From assembly GCF_000374165.1 (NCBI RefSeq), contig NZ_KB893672.1, positions 115,002 to 179,001 on the forward strand: 64,000 nucleotides of DNA, in the 5' to 3' direction. The position numbers were made by a program, and so were the translations under genes. The DNA comes from Parafrankia elaeagni (GTDB lineage: Bacteria > Actinomycetota > Actinomycetes > Frankiales > Frankiaceae). How positions within the stretch are numbered: position 1 is the stretch's first letter; each line of letters starts with the position of its first letter. Under the pieces are notes generated by a model, which saw only the letters and a program-made list of their open reading frames with translations, was not told the DNA's origin and made no database searches. Positions 18,101-27,285 of this stretch are shown here, one piece after another.

Positions 18101-19341
18101 GCGGTGGCGCCGGGACCGACGCCGACGCCGGGGGCGGCGCAGAGGCCGAGGCCGGTGCCGGTGGAACCGGGAACGCCGCGGGTGTGCTGCGGATCGATCT
18201 CAAAGGCCGGTCGATGGCGTCGGTGGGCCTGGCAGCAGGCTCGCTGACGGTGCGCATGCTCGACGCGCTGCTGACCGACGAGCTGTGGGCGGCGTGCGGC
18301 GGCTGCGCGGCCGAACACCGCTGCCCGATCGCGGCCAACGCCCGCGGCCTGCGTGACGGGCGGGTCCAGGAGCGGCTGCACCGGCTGGTGCTCACCTCGC
18401 ACCTGCGCCGCGGCCGCCGCCCCACGATCCGTGATCTGCGTTCGGCGCTCGCCTACCTGGTGACCGTCGACCTGGGCTGCACCGACATCCACGCCGAGTT
18501 CGGTGACGGTTTCGGGAATCCCGCCCGCCCGGAGCGGCACTTCAGCGCGGCAGCGTTCGGTGCCGAGGCCGGGCGCGACCGGCTGCTCGACGAGTGGCGC
18601 AGCCTGGACCCCGCAGCGGTGCCGGCGCCGCGGGTGGAGCGGTGGCTGGCACCCGGCACCCGTTCCCCGGCGGACATCGCCCGCGCCAAGCGGCTCCGGT
18701 ACTTCACCGCGACCGACGCGGAGCTCGCCGCCGTCGACCACCTCGGCCCGTACCAGCATCTCGACGAGTTCCGCGCCCTGCTCGCCAAGCCCACCCCCGG
18801 CCCCGGCGGTGCCGACGCAGGCCCCGGCGCGGCAGGCCCCGAGGCGGCAGGCCCCGGCGCGGCAGGCCCCGGGGCGGCGGGGCACCGGGTCGCGGTGGTG
18901 TCGAAGCTGCTGCGCGGCCTGTCACGCTGCATCGGGCCGGTCGGCTACGACGGCGACGGGGTCGCGGTCTCGGTGGGCGAGCCCTCCGAAGAGGGCGGCG
19001 CGGTCGTCAAAGTGCTGCCCACCGACGAGTTCGACGTCGTCGTGGCGGACGTCGACGACCGGTTCGTCGAGACGGCGGCCGACATCGTCATCCTCCGGCA
19101 CCGTTCCGGGCAGGTGAGCCTGCCGGTCGACGTCGACCTGTTCGAGCTGCTGATGCGCGCGAACGCCGGCTTCCTGCCGACCAACCCCGAGGTCGCGCCG
19201 CTGCTGGAGGAGCTGGGCCTGTTCCGCTCCGGCCTCACCCTCCAGCCAGCCAGCCGGGTGATCATCATCGAGCCTGACGGCCGGCGGAACGTCATCAGGG
19301 TGACCGGAACGACCATCGAGCTGCTGCGGGACGTCCGATGA
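15118..19341 (+). CDS. Multidomain NERD nuclease-like domain, degenerate (pseudo)kinase, active Hanks-type Ser/Thr kinase, Ala/Pro-rich linker and P-loop NTPase protein; PglW-like.
   Basis: NERD-like 'EKTAVYLRDHL...DSDFIVVGPNSVTVIEEKSW'. Kinase 1 is degenerate ('ITHRALNPSRILV', 'SDF'). Kinase 2 is canonical ('LKIMK', 'VLHRDLSPNNIIVD', 'DFG', 'GTLPYQAPE'). C-terminal Walker A 'VVFSGNPGDGKTAFL'. An ATG at 15118 follows a GAGGGGG Shine-Dalgarno; the upstream 68 ORF codons are Gly-rich junk. The stop overlaps the next start (ATGA). Confidence 0.8.
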   Translation: MGAKIVVHGPWSGPGEEKTAVYLRDHLDERWTVVCGRQLVAGSGTRDSDFIVVGPNSVTVIEEKSWRVDLIGTEERWYERRTMEERGNPINQAVGVARILAGNLTRYDRQLASALRSAAPPGQKQLHLVHSLVVMSSPEVTFQIEDPRASSQVVRLDGCEKRLREIDRSVAAHFDLAPFREAVLSVVTGLRPRPELPKMLGAYEIVGNLEPTPRGPRYVGRHPDGSVRVLLTYERQGLTEAELKASDELILREYEAMRRLAHLHRVFPVDPYFGVHDDQMWVAPMRPPGPSQKTLRYLIRAGRQPSAATFATIAADAFAGLADIHAAGITHRALNPSRILVTPETSRVVFSDFLIAKIADERTVIDADDVDHDGGPFRAPECRRTAHLAIHPSDVYSLALCLLGWWELRQSDPPREPQAPPSLPDRVRAALNECFAALPQDRPSAREVADLLAAHLAEERKRLVRPAPGVKIGKYELVRQLGDGATATTWLMLDRAFDVHHTLKIMKSAELVDNLRGEFVLLHKLKHDRIVRVHDYLLEPPGPALISEYVEGRTVAQLAPRLRGSLGAARRILADILDALAYAHHRDVLHRDLSPNNIIVDADDRATLIDFGVASRAEGEAHSLVGTLPYQAPEIAADGAWSPAADLYSLAVLVFEALVGRLPYAVDGAQRNKYLLVAPSPEEIAAAGTAGTMFLDVLARASHPDPATRFPSAAAFRDAVEAAFEPPPLPPPQALPFPPALSFPPAPPSTPAGAALPAESAETVRLAVPAQTDAEAPSSAATTAPAAVTAPAAVTAPAVVAVPAVVAVPAAAVRPTAVGTPADQAQRELVVNPAVDEIRQLFRNSRLGNRGNRGLDSEFADQTYIPTRLDDRLMPRIIDHRPRLVVFSGNPGDGKTAFLERLGVELRRRGARVLESDAAGWRMTLDGHEFASVYDASESHEGISADQLLRRALDPLNDQARDGRYTALLAANDGRLLDFFDREAHRYPRITQVLGGGAGTDADAGGGAEAEAGAGGTGNAAGVLRIDLKGRSMASVGLAAGSLTVRMLDALLTDELWAACGGCAAEHRCPIAANARGLRDGRVQERLHRLVLTSHLRRGRRPTIRDLRSALAYLVTVDLGCTDIHAEFGDGFGNPARPERHFSAAAFGAEAGRDRLLDEWRSLDPAAVPAPRVERWLAPGTRSPADIARAKRLRYFTATDAELAAVDHLGPYQHLDEFRALLAKPTPGPGGADAGPGAAGPEAAGPGAAGPGAAGHRVAVVSKLLRGLSRCIGPVGYDGDGVAVSVGEPSEEGGAVVKVLPTDEFDVVVADVDDRFVETAADIVILRHRSGQVSLPVDVDLFELLMRANAGFLPTNPEVAPLLEELGLFRSGLTLQPASRVIIIEPDGRRNVIRVTGTTIELLRDVR

Positions 19342-21017
19342 CACTGCGCATACCCAGGGAGCTGCGCTCCTACCAGTTCGACCGGCTGACCGGCGTCGAG
19401 CTGAACGACTTCGACGTCGACCGGTTCCTGCCCGTGCTGTTCGAGATGGTGGAGACGAAGGGCCGTCGGTTGGCCCGGTCGAACGCCGACGCGACGGATC
19501 CGGACAGGTACGTCGAGGCGCTCGCCGCGCACCCGAACCTGCACGGCTTCGACGACGAGCACGGCCGCGCGGTGCTGACACAGTGGGTCAACAGCAGCGT
19601 CGTCCGGCTCGGCCACAGCGGCCGTGGCCACCGGGACGTCCAGCTGGCCGCCGTCCAGCCGATCCACATCGGCGCCTACCGCGCCGGCCTGCCGGTCGAG
19701 GGCACCCGGCACCGCAAGGTGCACCTGGTCGTCTACCGGCTGCTGAAGGACGCGCTGCTGCGCCGCGGCGCCACCGACCCGGAGCAGACGCTGCAACGGC
19801 TGTTCCGGGAGGCGTTCGGCCGCGGTGTCACGATCGACTCGCAGTTCGTCCCCGCCTTCGACGGGAAGACCGACGACCTCGACGCGAACGTCCTGCTCAG
19901 CCTCTACTACCTGGAGGGCTTCCAGCCCGGCAAGGTGCTGACCCGCCGGACCGAGCTCGACTGGAGCCCGGTCATGCCCGGGTTGATGATCTCCCTCGGC
20001 GACCTGCTGCTCGACTTCCTCACCGTCTACCGCAACCGGCTGCCCACGACCGCGCTGGCGCGTCACCTGGCCGCGCTGCTCAACATCGGCCTGTTCACGA
20101 TGACGCTGCGGCTGTTCAGCGTGGTCGGCGAGCTGTGCCGCGGCGGGGACGGCGGGGGCGGCGGCGACGGCGAGAACCGGCCGCTGCCGGCCGACCTCAG
20201 CCGCGACCTGCATCCCGCCCGCACCGAGATCTACGTCGACTTCACCCGCCAGACCGGCGGTGACTCCGACCGGCTGGCCGGCGAGTGCGTCGCCCGCGAC
20301 CTGGAACGGCTGCCCGCCTACTTCGAGGACATGATCCTGCTCAAGACCCTCGACCGGTACGCGAGCAGCGAGCAGAAGCTCCGGCCGTACGTGGAGGGCC
20401 GGCGCGGCCCGGACTGGCTGGTCGCCCTGGTCGGGATCCGCGACCTCGAATACGTCGAGTGGCGCGCGGGCCTGGACCTCGAACGGATCGTCGACACGAC
20501 CCGGGCCGAGCTGCGGACGTCCGAGGAGGACGCCCGGGCGGAGCTGGCCGGCCTCGCGCCCGGCGGGTCGCAGCTGGACGTCCTGCTCGCGGCACTGCGC
20601 CAGTCCCAGGCGTCGAAGGCGGTGACCAGCGCCGGTAGCTGGCTGTGGAACACCGGTGGCCTGCGCAAGCAGGCAGGGCTGCTGCGCGGGAACCTGCACG
20701 GCCGGCGGGCGTGGCGGTACGCGATGACCGACGAGCTGCTCACCACCATGCTGTTGACCACCCTGATGGACCGGGCGGCCGGCGCCCCGGCGCCCCGGGT
20801 GCGACTGGCCGACCTGCTCGACACCCTGGAACACCGCTGGGGCCTGCTGATCCACCGTCCACCCGCCGCGCGCGACGACGCGTCCGCGCGTGCGGTCGCG
20901 AGCCAGAACCTGGCGGCCTTCACCGGCCGGCTGCACCAGATGGGCTTCTTCGCTGACCTCGCCGACGACTTCAACGCCCAGTATGTGATCAACCCCCTTG
21001 CCGGAGCGCGGCGATGA
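19338..21017 (+). CDS. Hypothetical 559-aa protein, middle gene of the kinase operon; no recognisable domain.
   Basis: Its start overlaps the upstream stop (ATGA) and its stop overlaps the downstream start (ATGA). GC3-rich codon usage on this strand. Confidence 0.6.
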   Translation: MTLRIPRELRSYQFDRLTGVELNDFDVDRFLPVLFEMVETKGRRLARSNADATDPDRYVEALAAHPNLHGFDDEHGRAVLTQWVNSSVVRLGHSGRGHRDVQLAAVQPIHIGAYRAGLPVEGTRHRKVHLVVYRLLKDALLRRGATDPEQTLQRLFREAFGRGVTIDSQFVPAFDGKTDDLDANVLLSLYYLEGFQPGKVLTRRTELDWSPVMPGLMISLGDLLLDFLTVYRNRLPTTALARHLAALLNIGLFTMTLRLFSVVGELCRGGDGGGGGDGENRPLPADLSRDLHPARTEIYVDFTRQTGGDSDRLAGECVARDLERLPAYFEDMILLKTLDRYASSEQKLRPYVEGRRGPDWLVALVGIRDLEYVEWRAGLDLERIVDTTRAELRTSEEDARAELAGLAPGGSQLDVLLAALRQSQASKAVTSAGSWLWNTGGLRKQAGLLRGNLHGRRAWRYAMTDELLTTMLLTTLMDRAAGAPAPRVRLADLLDTLEHRWGLLIHRPPAARDDASARAVASQNLAAFTGRLHQMGFFADLADDFNAQYVINPLAGARR

Positions 21018-24000
21018 CCGATCTCAGCCCCCTGCTGGCCACCCGGGTCGCCCACCGGCTGGTGACCGACTTCCTGCAGGCAGCACCCCCCGGCCGCTGC
21101 CTGCGGCTCGATCACCTTCGCCTCGACGACTGCCATGCGGTACGCGACGCGGCGATCGCCGCACTCGCCGAAACAGCGATGGGCGCCGGCTGCGTGGTCG
21201 CCGTCCTCGGCACCGACGTCAGCGCCAGCGACGCGATCGTCTCCCCCGAACGCGCGATCGAGCTGCGTAACCGCAAATCGACCGCGCTCCTGCTGCTCGT
21301 GCCCGCGGGCACCGACAGCCCGGCGGCCAGCAGCCTGGACAACTCGTTCGAGTCGATCGACATCGAGGACCTGTTCGGGAAGATCATTCGGGACGCGCTG
21401 CAGCCGCTTGACCGGCCCCTGCGAGAGCTGTTCGCCGAAGTCCAGGCGGCGGCGCGCGGCAACGCGTTCCCACGCTCACGCCAGGCCCGGGCCGAGTACC
21501 TGCTCGCCGTCGGTGCCACCGCCGCCGACCCGGTCGCGGGCGGCCTCGCGGCCGCGCAGCACGTCGCCGGAACGCACCTGCACCTGTTCGGCCTGATCCC
21601 GGACCAGGGCGGCGCGTCATTCGTCTCCCGGCTCGCCGCGAACGCCCAATGCGTCAAGGAACTGGTCAAACCGGCCCGCTCGCAGACGGACGCACGCACC
21701 CGGCTCGCGGAATGCCCGCTGCGCCAGGACGACGAGCGCTACCGCGAGATCGAGCGGTACCTCGTCGCACTGCCCCGCCTGTCCCAACGGGCGTGGCTGC
21801 GCGACCTGGCCTCCGACGACAACGCCGACCTGGCCTTCAACCGCTGGCCGCTGGACCTCCCCACCGACAGCGACCTGATGGCGCTGCAGGTCGAGCCGTT
21901 CGCCAACGCCGAAGGGATCATCGCGGCGAGCACCGGCCTGCGCGCCGGCGCGGACGGCGAGGCACCCACCTGCTCGGCCCGCGGCGGCTTCGTGAAGATC
22001 ACCTGGACGACGGAACCCGCCAAGCCGAAGGACGTGGCCCGCTGGCAGGTGGAGATCATCCCGTCGGAGGAGTTCTACGGCGCCGAAACCGATTTCGACG
22101 TCACCCTGCCCGCGGCGAAGGTAGCCGGCAGCAGGCACAGCCACCGGCTGACGGTGAACGTCGACACCGAAGAGGCCGAACGGGTGCCGGCGCTGGTGAC
22201 CGTCCGGGTCAGCGCCCTGGACCGCAACAACCAGGTGCTGCGGCTGCGTGACGGTGCCCCCGCCCAGGCCACCAGCAAGGAGTTCGCGCTCGACGACGCG
22301 CCGCCGCCGGAGAGCACCGCCGTCCGGCGCGACACCGCGGTCTCCCTGCCGGTGGCGCGGCTGCGCGCCGAACAGGCCGGCGCGGACACCGACATCGAGA
22401 CGCCCGAAGGCTGGCAGACCGCCGACCTGGCCTACCTGCAGCTGCGCTTCGGCCGGGGCAGCAGGACACACCTCACCCGGATCGGAGTGAGCGCACCGCT
22501 GCGCGAGCTGTCCACGCGCGTACTCGCCGAGCCGGAGACCGTCGGCAGGTACGAAGCCGAGGTGGGCGGCGGCCAGCTGCTCGCCGCGGCGACCGCCACC
22601 GCGGCCGGCCCCGACTGGCCATCGGGCGCGGGCCGGGCGTTCCTCGCCGCCCGCCGGGAGTTCTTCGAGGCGGTCCGCGCCCAGCCCGGTCGCGGCCTGC
22701 TCGAAGTCGCCGCCGTCTCCGACGAGCTGGCCGCGCTCGGGGCGAAGTACACCGCTGCCTACGGACGGATCCTGCGCCGGGACTCCAGCGCCCCCGACCC
22801 GCGGGTGCTCACCTCGATCGACACCCTTCGGCTGCGCATCCGCCTCGGCCGGCGCCACCCGGTGGACGCCCTGATCATGCTGCCCACCCATCCGCTGCGC
22901 GTTGCCTGGTACCTCGGCTACCACGCCGAGCTGGAACAGTGGCGCACGAAAATGCGGACACTGGCGGCGAAGGACCGCCGCGACGACGCCGACCTCGACC
23001 TGCTCGCCAGGCTGTCACCCGCCCGGCTGCCGTTCCTGCTCGCCGGCCCGGACGGCGCGCCCCACGTGTTCGCGCAGAACCTGCGGCTGCTCTACGGGCT
23101 GTACCTACCCGTGGACGAGGCTGACCCGGCGACGGCTGTCAGCGAGACGGTGACCGTGCTCGGCCTGCCGAGCGCCGATGCCAGCGTCGGCGAAGTGCCG
23201 CCCGCCCGGCTCGCCGACCGCATCCGGCTCTACCGGAACACTCACCGCAGCCCCGAGCGGCTGCGGATCCTGGCGACCAACCCGGGCAGCGGCGAGTTCC
23301 TCGGTGAGGCCCTGCGCGTCGTCACCGCCGACACCGGCGATCTCGCTGACACGGGCGACCCCGCCGGCACCGGCACCGGCACCGGCACCGGCACCGGACG
23401 CGAGCTCGGCGAGGACGAGGCCGTCACGGCGCCACACGTCTGGATCGAGGTGTTCGGCGAGGGCGCCTCGGAGACGAACCCGCTGCCCGGCCTGCGCCAG
23501 CTGCAGCGCGACATCGCCGACAACCGCACCCGACGGAGCAGCGACTTCCTCGACCCGGCGCTGGAGATCTCCGCCGCCCCCTTGGACGCGATCGAAGCAG
23601 CCCGGGACGCCCATCTGGCGGTGCTCGCCGACATCAGCCGCCCCCAGCTGCACATGAGCGTCGCCGAAACCAGCGGCGGCAGCGTCTCCTTCCGTGGGCT
23701 CATTACCCAGCTGGTTACCCGACGCGACCCGACCGAGCTCGCCTGGGACGTGGGGATCGAGTTCCCCACGGCGCGCGGCGCGGACTCCACACCCGTCACC
23801 GACCTGCACCGTCGCTTCGCCGAAACCGTCTCAAGCCTGTTCACCGCCGGCGGGGACGAGACGACGAGCGGAGACCGTACGGCGGCCAGCGCCGACCCGG
23901 CTGACCCGGCTGACCCGGCTGACCCGGCGAGGGACGACCGGGCCATGCGGACGGCCCGGATCCGAGTCCAGGTCGACGGCGACACCCGACGGGTGCTCGG

Positions 24001-26248
24001 CCTCGCGCATGACCGGTGCGACTGGGTCGTCGTCCTGGACCGTTTCCTCGGCCTGGACCTGTTCGACGACCCGTCGCGGCGATCCTTCGACGGGCGGCGC
24101 TACATCCTCGACTACGCGCCCGAGTTCCTCGACGGCCTCGGCCACCAGATGGCCATCACGACGGCGCACCGGGCCGACGTCGAGAAGATGTTCCTGCGGG
24201 CGATGACCGAGCTCGGTTTCGAACAGCCCGGTGAGTCGGTGTCCTCGGTGGTCGACGAGCTGCTCCTCGTCTCCGGCCGGCTGATCCTCGCCGCGACCGG
24301 CAACGACAAACGCGCCAAGGAGGCAGTCGCGCTCGCCGCCGTCGTCTCCCATCTGCGCCGGCGCGGCGAACTCGCCGACACGATCATCATCCCGGTTGAC
24401 GCGCACCTCGACCTGTTCGGGCCGCGCGCCCACCGCGGCGGCGCCCACGGCGAGAAAGCGCGACGCTGTGACCTGCTGCTGGTGCGCTTCCCGGGACGCC
24501 GGCTGCACATCGAGGCCGTCGAGGTGAAATCACGCGGGATGCTCGACAGCGAAGACCTCGCCCGCGGCATCGACGCTCAGGCCCGGGCGACCATCGACGT
24601 CGTCCAGCGGCTGTTCTTCGCCGAGCCGGCGCGCATCGACCAGCCGCTGCAACGGACCCGGCTCGCCACCCTGCTCCGGTACTACCTGCGGCGCGCGGCG
24701 CGACGCGGGCTGATCACCGACGCGGCGACGTTCGGCCGGATGCAGGAAGGCATCGACCGGCTCGACACCGCCGACCCCTCGGTCTCCTACCAGCAGAGCG
24801 GCTACATCCTCGTCCAACGAGGCGACGGCGTGGACGAGTTCACCATGGGCGAGACGCGCATCCACCCACTGACAGCCGCGGACCTCGGGGTCGAGACTCC
24901 CGCTGCGGACACCCCCGCGGACACCCCTGCCCTGGACGTGGACGGAACGCCTGAGTCGCCTGAGCGGCCGGAACTGCCTGAGCGGCCGGAACTGCCGGAG
25001 TCGTCGGGATCATCGGAACCGTCGGAACCGTCGGAACCGTCGGGATCGTCGGGATCGTCGGGATCGTCTGAGGGTGAGCGGTCCGGGCAGTCCGACGCCT
25101 CCGACGCCTCCGACGTGGCACCGGCCGGTGGCGAGACGTCCAGCCCGACATCCGTCCCGGAGACCGGCGGAGCCTCCGTGCGTCGTGCTTCTTCTGGCGC
25201 GCTGGAAGTCGTCCGGGTGCCGGTCGGACGAACACTGCCCCCGGAGGAGGACGTCGTCTGGGAAGTTGCCACGATCGGCAGCCCCCACCTGTTCATCCTC
25301 GGAATTCCCGGGCAGGGGAAGTCGGAGACGACGATCCGGCTGCTGCAGGGCGCCGCCGGGAGTGGCCTGCCCGCGCTGGTCATCGACTTCCACGGCCAGT
25401 TCAGCTCCGACCCACGCCGTCCTCGGTCACTGCGGGTGCAGGACGCGGCGGCCGGGCTGCCGTTCTCACCGTTCGAGCTGACCGAAGCCGGCGGACGGCA
25501 CGCGTACAAGATGAACGCGCTGTCCATCTCGGAGATCTTCGCCTACGTCTGCGGACTGGGCGACATCCAGCGCGACGTGGTCTACCAGGCTCTGATCAGC
25601 CGCTATGAGGCGCACGGCCACGGTCAGCTCGCGCCGCCGCAGGGCATCCCCACACTGGACGAGGTACGCGACGCCATCGCGGCCCTGGAGAAGGAACGCG
25701 GGGTGGCGAACGTCCTCGCCCGCTGCCGCCCATTGCTCGAATACGGCCTGTTCACCGACAACACCGGTGTGAAGGTGCAGGACCTGATCCGCGACGGCCT
25801 GGTGGTCGACCTGCACGGCTTCGCCGAAGTGGAACAGGCGCAGGTCGCCGCCGGTGCGTTCCTGCTCCGCAAGATCTACAAGGACATGTTCACCTGGGGC
25901 CAGAGCGGGGAGCTACGGCTCGCCATCGTCCTCGACGAAGCACACCGCCTCGCCAAGGACGCGACCCTGCCCCGGCTGATGAAGGAAGGCCGCAAGTTCG
26001 GCGTCGCCGTCGTCGTTGCCAGCCAGGGCATAGACGACTTCCACCCCGACGTCCTCGCCAACGCCGGCACCAAAATCATCTACCGGGTCAACTACCCGCA
26101 GTCCCGCAAGGCAGCCGGATTCCTGCGCACCCGCACCAGCAAGGACCTCTCCGAGGAACTCGAGCAGCTCCCGGTCGGCAACGCCTACGTCCAGACCCCG
26201 AACATGGCTGTCGCCCGCCGCACCCGCATGCTCCGCCCCGAGACGTGA
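21014..26248 (+). CDS. 1744-aa protein with a C-terminal HerA/FtsK(DUF87)-like P-loop ATPase domain; the N-terminal 1300 aa are uncharacterised.
   Basis: Walker A 'ILGIPGQGKSETT'; Walker B 'LAIVLDEAHRLA'; 'VVVASQGIDDFHPDVLANAGTKIIYRVN' is typical of HerA/DUF87 ATPases. An acidic/Pro/Ser linker 'ESPERPELPERPELPESSGSSEPSEP...' and a (GT)5 repeat are present. Confidence 0.7.
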   Translation: MTDLSPLLATRVAHRLVTDFLQAAPPGRCLRLDHLRLDDCHAVRDAAIAALAETAMGAGCVVAVLGTDVSASDAIVSPERAIELRNRKSTALLLLVPAGTDSPAASSLDNSFESIDIEDLFGKIIRDALQPLDRPLRELFAEVQAAARGNAFPRSRQARAEYLLAVGATAADPVAGGLAAAQHVAGTHLHLFGLIPDQGGASFVSRLAANAQCVKELVKPARSQTDARTRLAECPLRQDDERYREIERYLVALPRLSQRAWLRDLASDDNADLAFNRWPLDLPTDSDLMALQVEPFANAEGIIAASTGLRAGADGEAPTCSARGGFVKITWTTEPAKPKDVARWQVEIIPSEEFYGAETDFDVTLPAAKVAGSRHSHRLTVNVDTEEAERVPALVTVRVSALDRNNQVLRLRDGAPAQATSKEFALDDAPPPESTAVRRDTAVSLPVARLRAEQAGADTDIETPEGWQTADLAYLQLRFGRGSRTHLTRIGVSAPLRELSTRVLAEPETVGRYEAEVGGGQLLAAATATAAGPDWPSGAGRAFLAARREFFEAVRAQPGRGLLEVAAVSDELAALGAKYTAAYGRILRRDSSAPDPRVLTSIDTLRLRIRLGRRHPVDALIMLPTHPLRVAWYLGYHAELEQWRTKMRTLAAKDRRDDADLDLLARLSPARLPFLLAGPDGAPHVFAQNLRLLYGLYLPVDEADPATAVSETVTVLGLPSADASVGEVPPARLADRIRLYRNTHRSPERLRILATNPGSGEFLGEALRVVTADTGDLADTGDPAGTGTGTGTGTGRELGEDEAVTAPHVWIEVFGEGASETNPLPGLRQLQRDIADNRTRRSSDFLDPALEISAAPLDAIEAARDAHLAVLADISRPQLHMSVAETSGGSVSFRGLITQLVTRRDPTELAWDVGIEFPTARGADSTPVTDLHRRFAETVSSLFTAGGDETTSGDRTAASADPADPADPADPARDDRAMRTARIRVQVDGDTRRVLGLAHDRCDWVVVLDRFLGLDLFDDPSRRSFDGRRYILDYAPEFLDGLGHQMAITTAHRADVEKMFLRAMTELGFEQPGESVSSVVDELLLVSGRLILAATGNDKRAKEAVALAAVVSHLRRRGELADTIIIPVDAHLDLFGPRAHRGGAHGEKARRCDLLLVRFPGRRLHIEAVEVKSRGMLDSEDLARGIDAQARATIDVVQRLFFAEPARIDQPLQRTRLATLLRYYLRRAARRGLITDAATFGRMQEGIDRLDTADPSVSYQQSGYILVQRGDGVDEFTMGETRIHPLTAADLGVETPAADTPADTPALDVDGTPESPERPELPERPELPESSGSSEPSEPSEPSGSSGSSGSSEGERSGQSDASDASDVAPAGGETSSPTSVPETGGASVRRASSGALEVVRVPVGRTLPPEEDVVWEVATIGSPHLFILGIPGQGKSETTIRLLQGAAGSGLPALVIDFHGQFSSDPRRPRSLRVQDAAAGLPFSPFELTEAGGRHAYKMNALSISEIFAYVCGLGDIQRDVVYQALISRYEAHGHGQLAPPQGIPTLDEVRDAIAALEKERGVANVLARCRPLLEYGLFTDNTGVKVQDLIRDGLVVDLHGFAEVEQAQVAAGAFLLRKIYKDMFTWGQSGELRLAIVLDEAHRLAKDATLPRLMKEGRKFGVAVVVASQGIDDFHPDVLANAGTKIIYRVNYPQSRKAAGFLRTRTSKDLSEELEQLPVGNAYVQTPNMAVARRTRMLRPET
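23366..23397 (+). repeat. (GGCACC)5 hexanucleotide repeat encoding a (GT)5 linker in the 1744-aa ATPase protein.
   Basis: ggcaccggcaccggcaccggcaccggcaccgga. Confidence 0.85.
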
Positions 26249-26250
26249 CC

Positions 26251-26289
26251 CCGGTGCGGGCCGCTTTCGGCAGCAGCGGCCGGCACCGG
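26251..26289. terminator. GC-rich inverted repeat between the convergent genes; candidate bidirectional terminator.
   Basis: ccggtgcgggccgc-tttcggcagca-gcggccggcaccgg, directly after the TGA at 26246–26248. Confidence 0.4.
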
Positions 26290-26327
26290 GATGGCCGGTG
26301 GTCGCCGACGGCTTGTGGACGGACGCG

Positions 26328-27137
26328 TCAGGTGTGTTTCCCGTCGACATAGACGTCGACCTTCTCGTCGTAGAAGCAGACCAGGCCGGCGATGCGGATG
26401 CTCTCGGGCAGTGGGGTGCGGTAGAGCCAGACGACGTCCTCGTGGATCTTGTCGTTGACCTGGACGGAGAAGTAGCCGGCGGTGCCCTTGTAGGGGCAGT
26501 GGGTCGCGGAGTCGGAAGGCACCAGCAGTTCTGTCCGCACGTCGGTCAGCGGCAGGTAGTAGCGCGGGCGGATGCCGGACTCGAACAGCGCGACCGGGCG
26601 GACGGAGTCGGCGACTGTCACGCCGTCGATCTCCACGCGGACGTGTCGGGAGCTGGAGAGGGCATCGATGCGGTGGTAGGGGTTGCGCGCGTGCCCGTAG
26701 ACGATCTCGTCCTCCTCCAGCCATACGTCCATCGCGTCCCAGTCGAGCCGGACGAGGCCGCGCAGCTGCGGGATGGGGGAGTCGGGGTAGGTGCCTGCGG
26801 CGTCCGGCGCTGTCCGGTCGGCGATGACCACGTCGTGGCGGACGGCGTCGCCCCGGCTCGGCGAGCGCGTGGTCTTCCCGTTCGGTTCGAGGGTCGCGCG
26901 GACGTCCTCGGCGGGCAGATAGTAGACGGGGTAGTGCGGGCCTTCCCAGACCAGTACGGGGCGGATCGTGTCCACGACGACATGGCCGCCGAGCAGTGCT
27001 CTGACCCGCTTGTTCGCCTGCTCGGCGTGGACCCGCCCCCGGCCGGTGGTGGCTGCCGGCTTCACCGACCCGGCCGCCGGAAGGGCGGCCGCACCCGCGG
27101 GTGCGGGTGTGGTGCTGGTGGGAGGAGGTGTTGTCAT
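26328..27137 (-). CDS. DUF427 domain-containing protein (tandem DUF427 repeats).
   Basis: Two copies of 'YYLP..DV' and the 'CPYKGTAGYFSV' signature; Pro/Thr/Ala-rich N-terminus. Confidence 0.7.
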   Translation of the reverse strand: MTTPPPTSTTPAPAGAAALPAAGSVKPAATTGRGRVHAEQANKRVRALLGGHVVVDTIRPVLVWEGPHYPVYYLPAEDVRATLEPNGKTTRSPSRGDAVRHDVVIADRTAPDAAGTYPDSPIPQLRGLVRLDWDAMDVWLEEDEIVYGHARNPYHRIDALSSSRHVRVEIDGVTVADSVRPVALFESGIRPRYYLPLTDVRTELLVPSDSATHCPYKGTAGYFSVQVNDKIHEDVVWLYRTPLPESIRIAGLVCFYDEKVDVYVDGKHT

Positions 27138-27285
27138 GGCGTCTTGTTCCTTCCGCCGCGTCCGCCCACGTCTGCCCGCGTGTGCGGTTTTCCGTCAGGC
27201 CATTCGATCGCGTGCCAGGCGCCAGGTCCAGCGGAACGTCGCGCCGAGGGCGCGGGTGGCGGGAGGCTCGCCGTGCCGGCCGGGT

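Noticed and set aside
15526-18885. 1119-aa minus-strand ORF antisense to the kinase gene (contains a 'HRHHCRHRHHCRCCHCC' repeat).
   Set aside because: It mirrors the Ala/Val/Thr repeat linker of the real gene. There are no domains and the codon usage is poor.
18945-21136. 663-aa and 272-aa minus-strand ORFs across the kinase / 559-aa gene junction.
   Set aside because: Antisense to a translationally coupled pair and low complexity.
1-26248. Calling the whole region a complete BREX type 2 (Pgl) system because of the PglW-like kinase and PglX-like methyltransferase.
   Set aside because: No PglZ (alkaline-phosphatase-like) or PglY/BrxC-type N-terminal ATPase could be recognised. The presence of an SNF2 helicase plus a DUF1998 helicase fits DISARM better. 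It is left as a DISARM-like plus kinase-module hybrid pending HMM searches.
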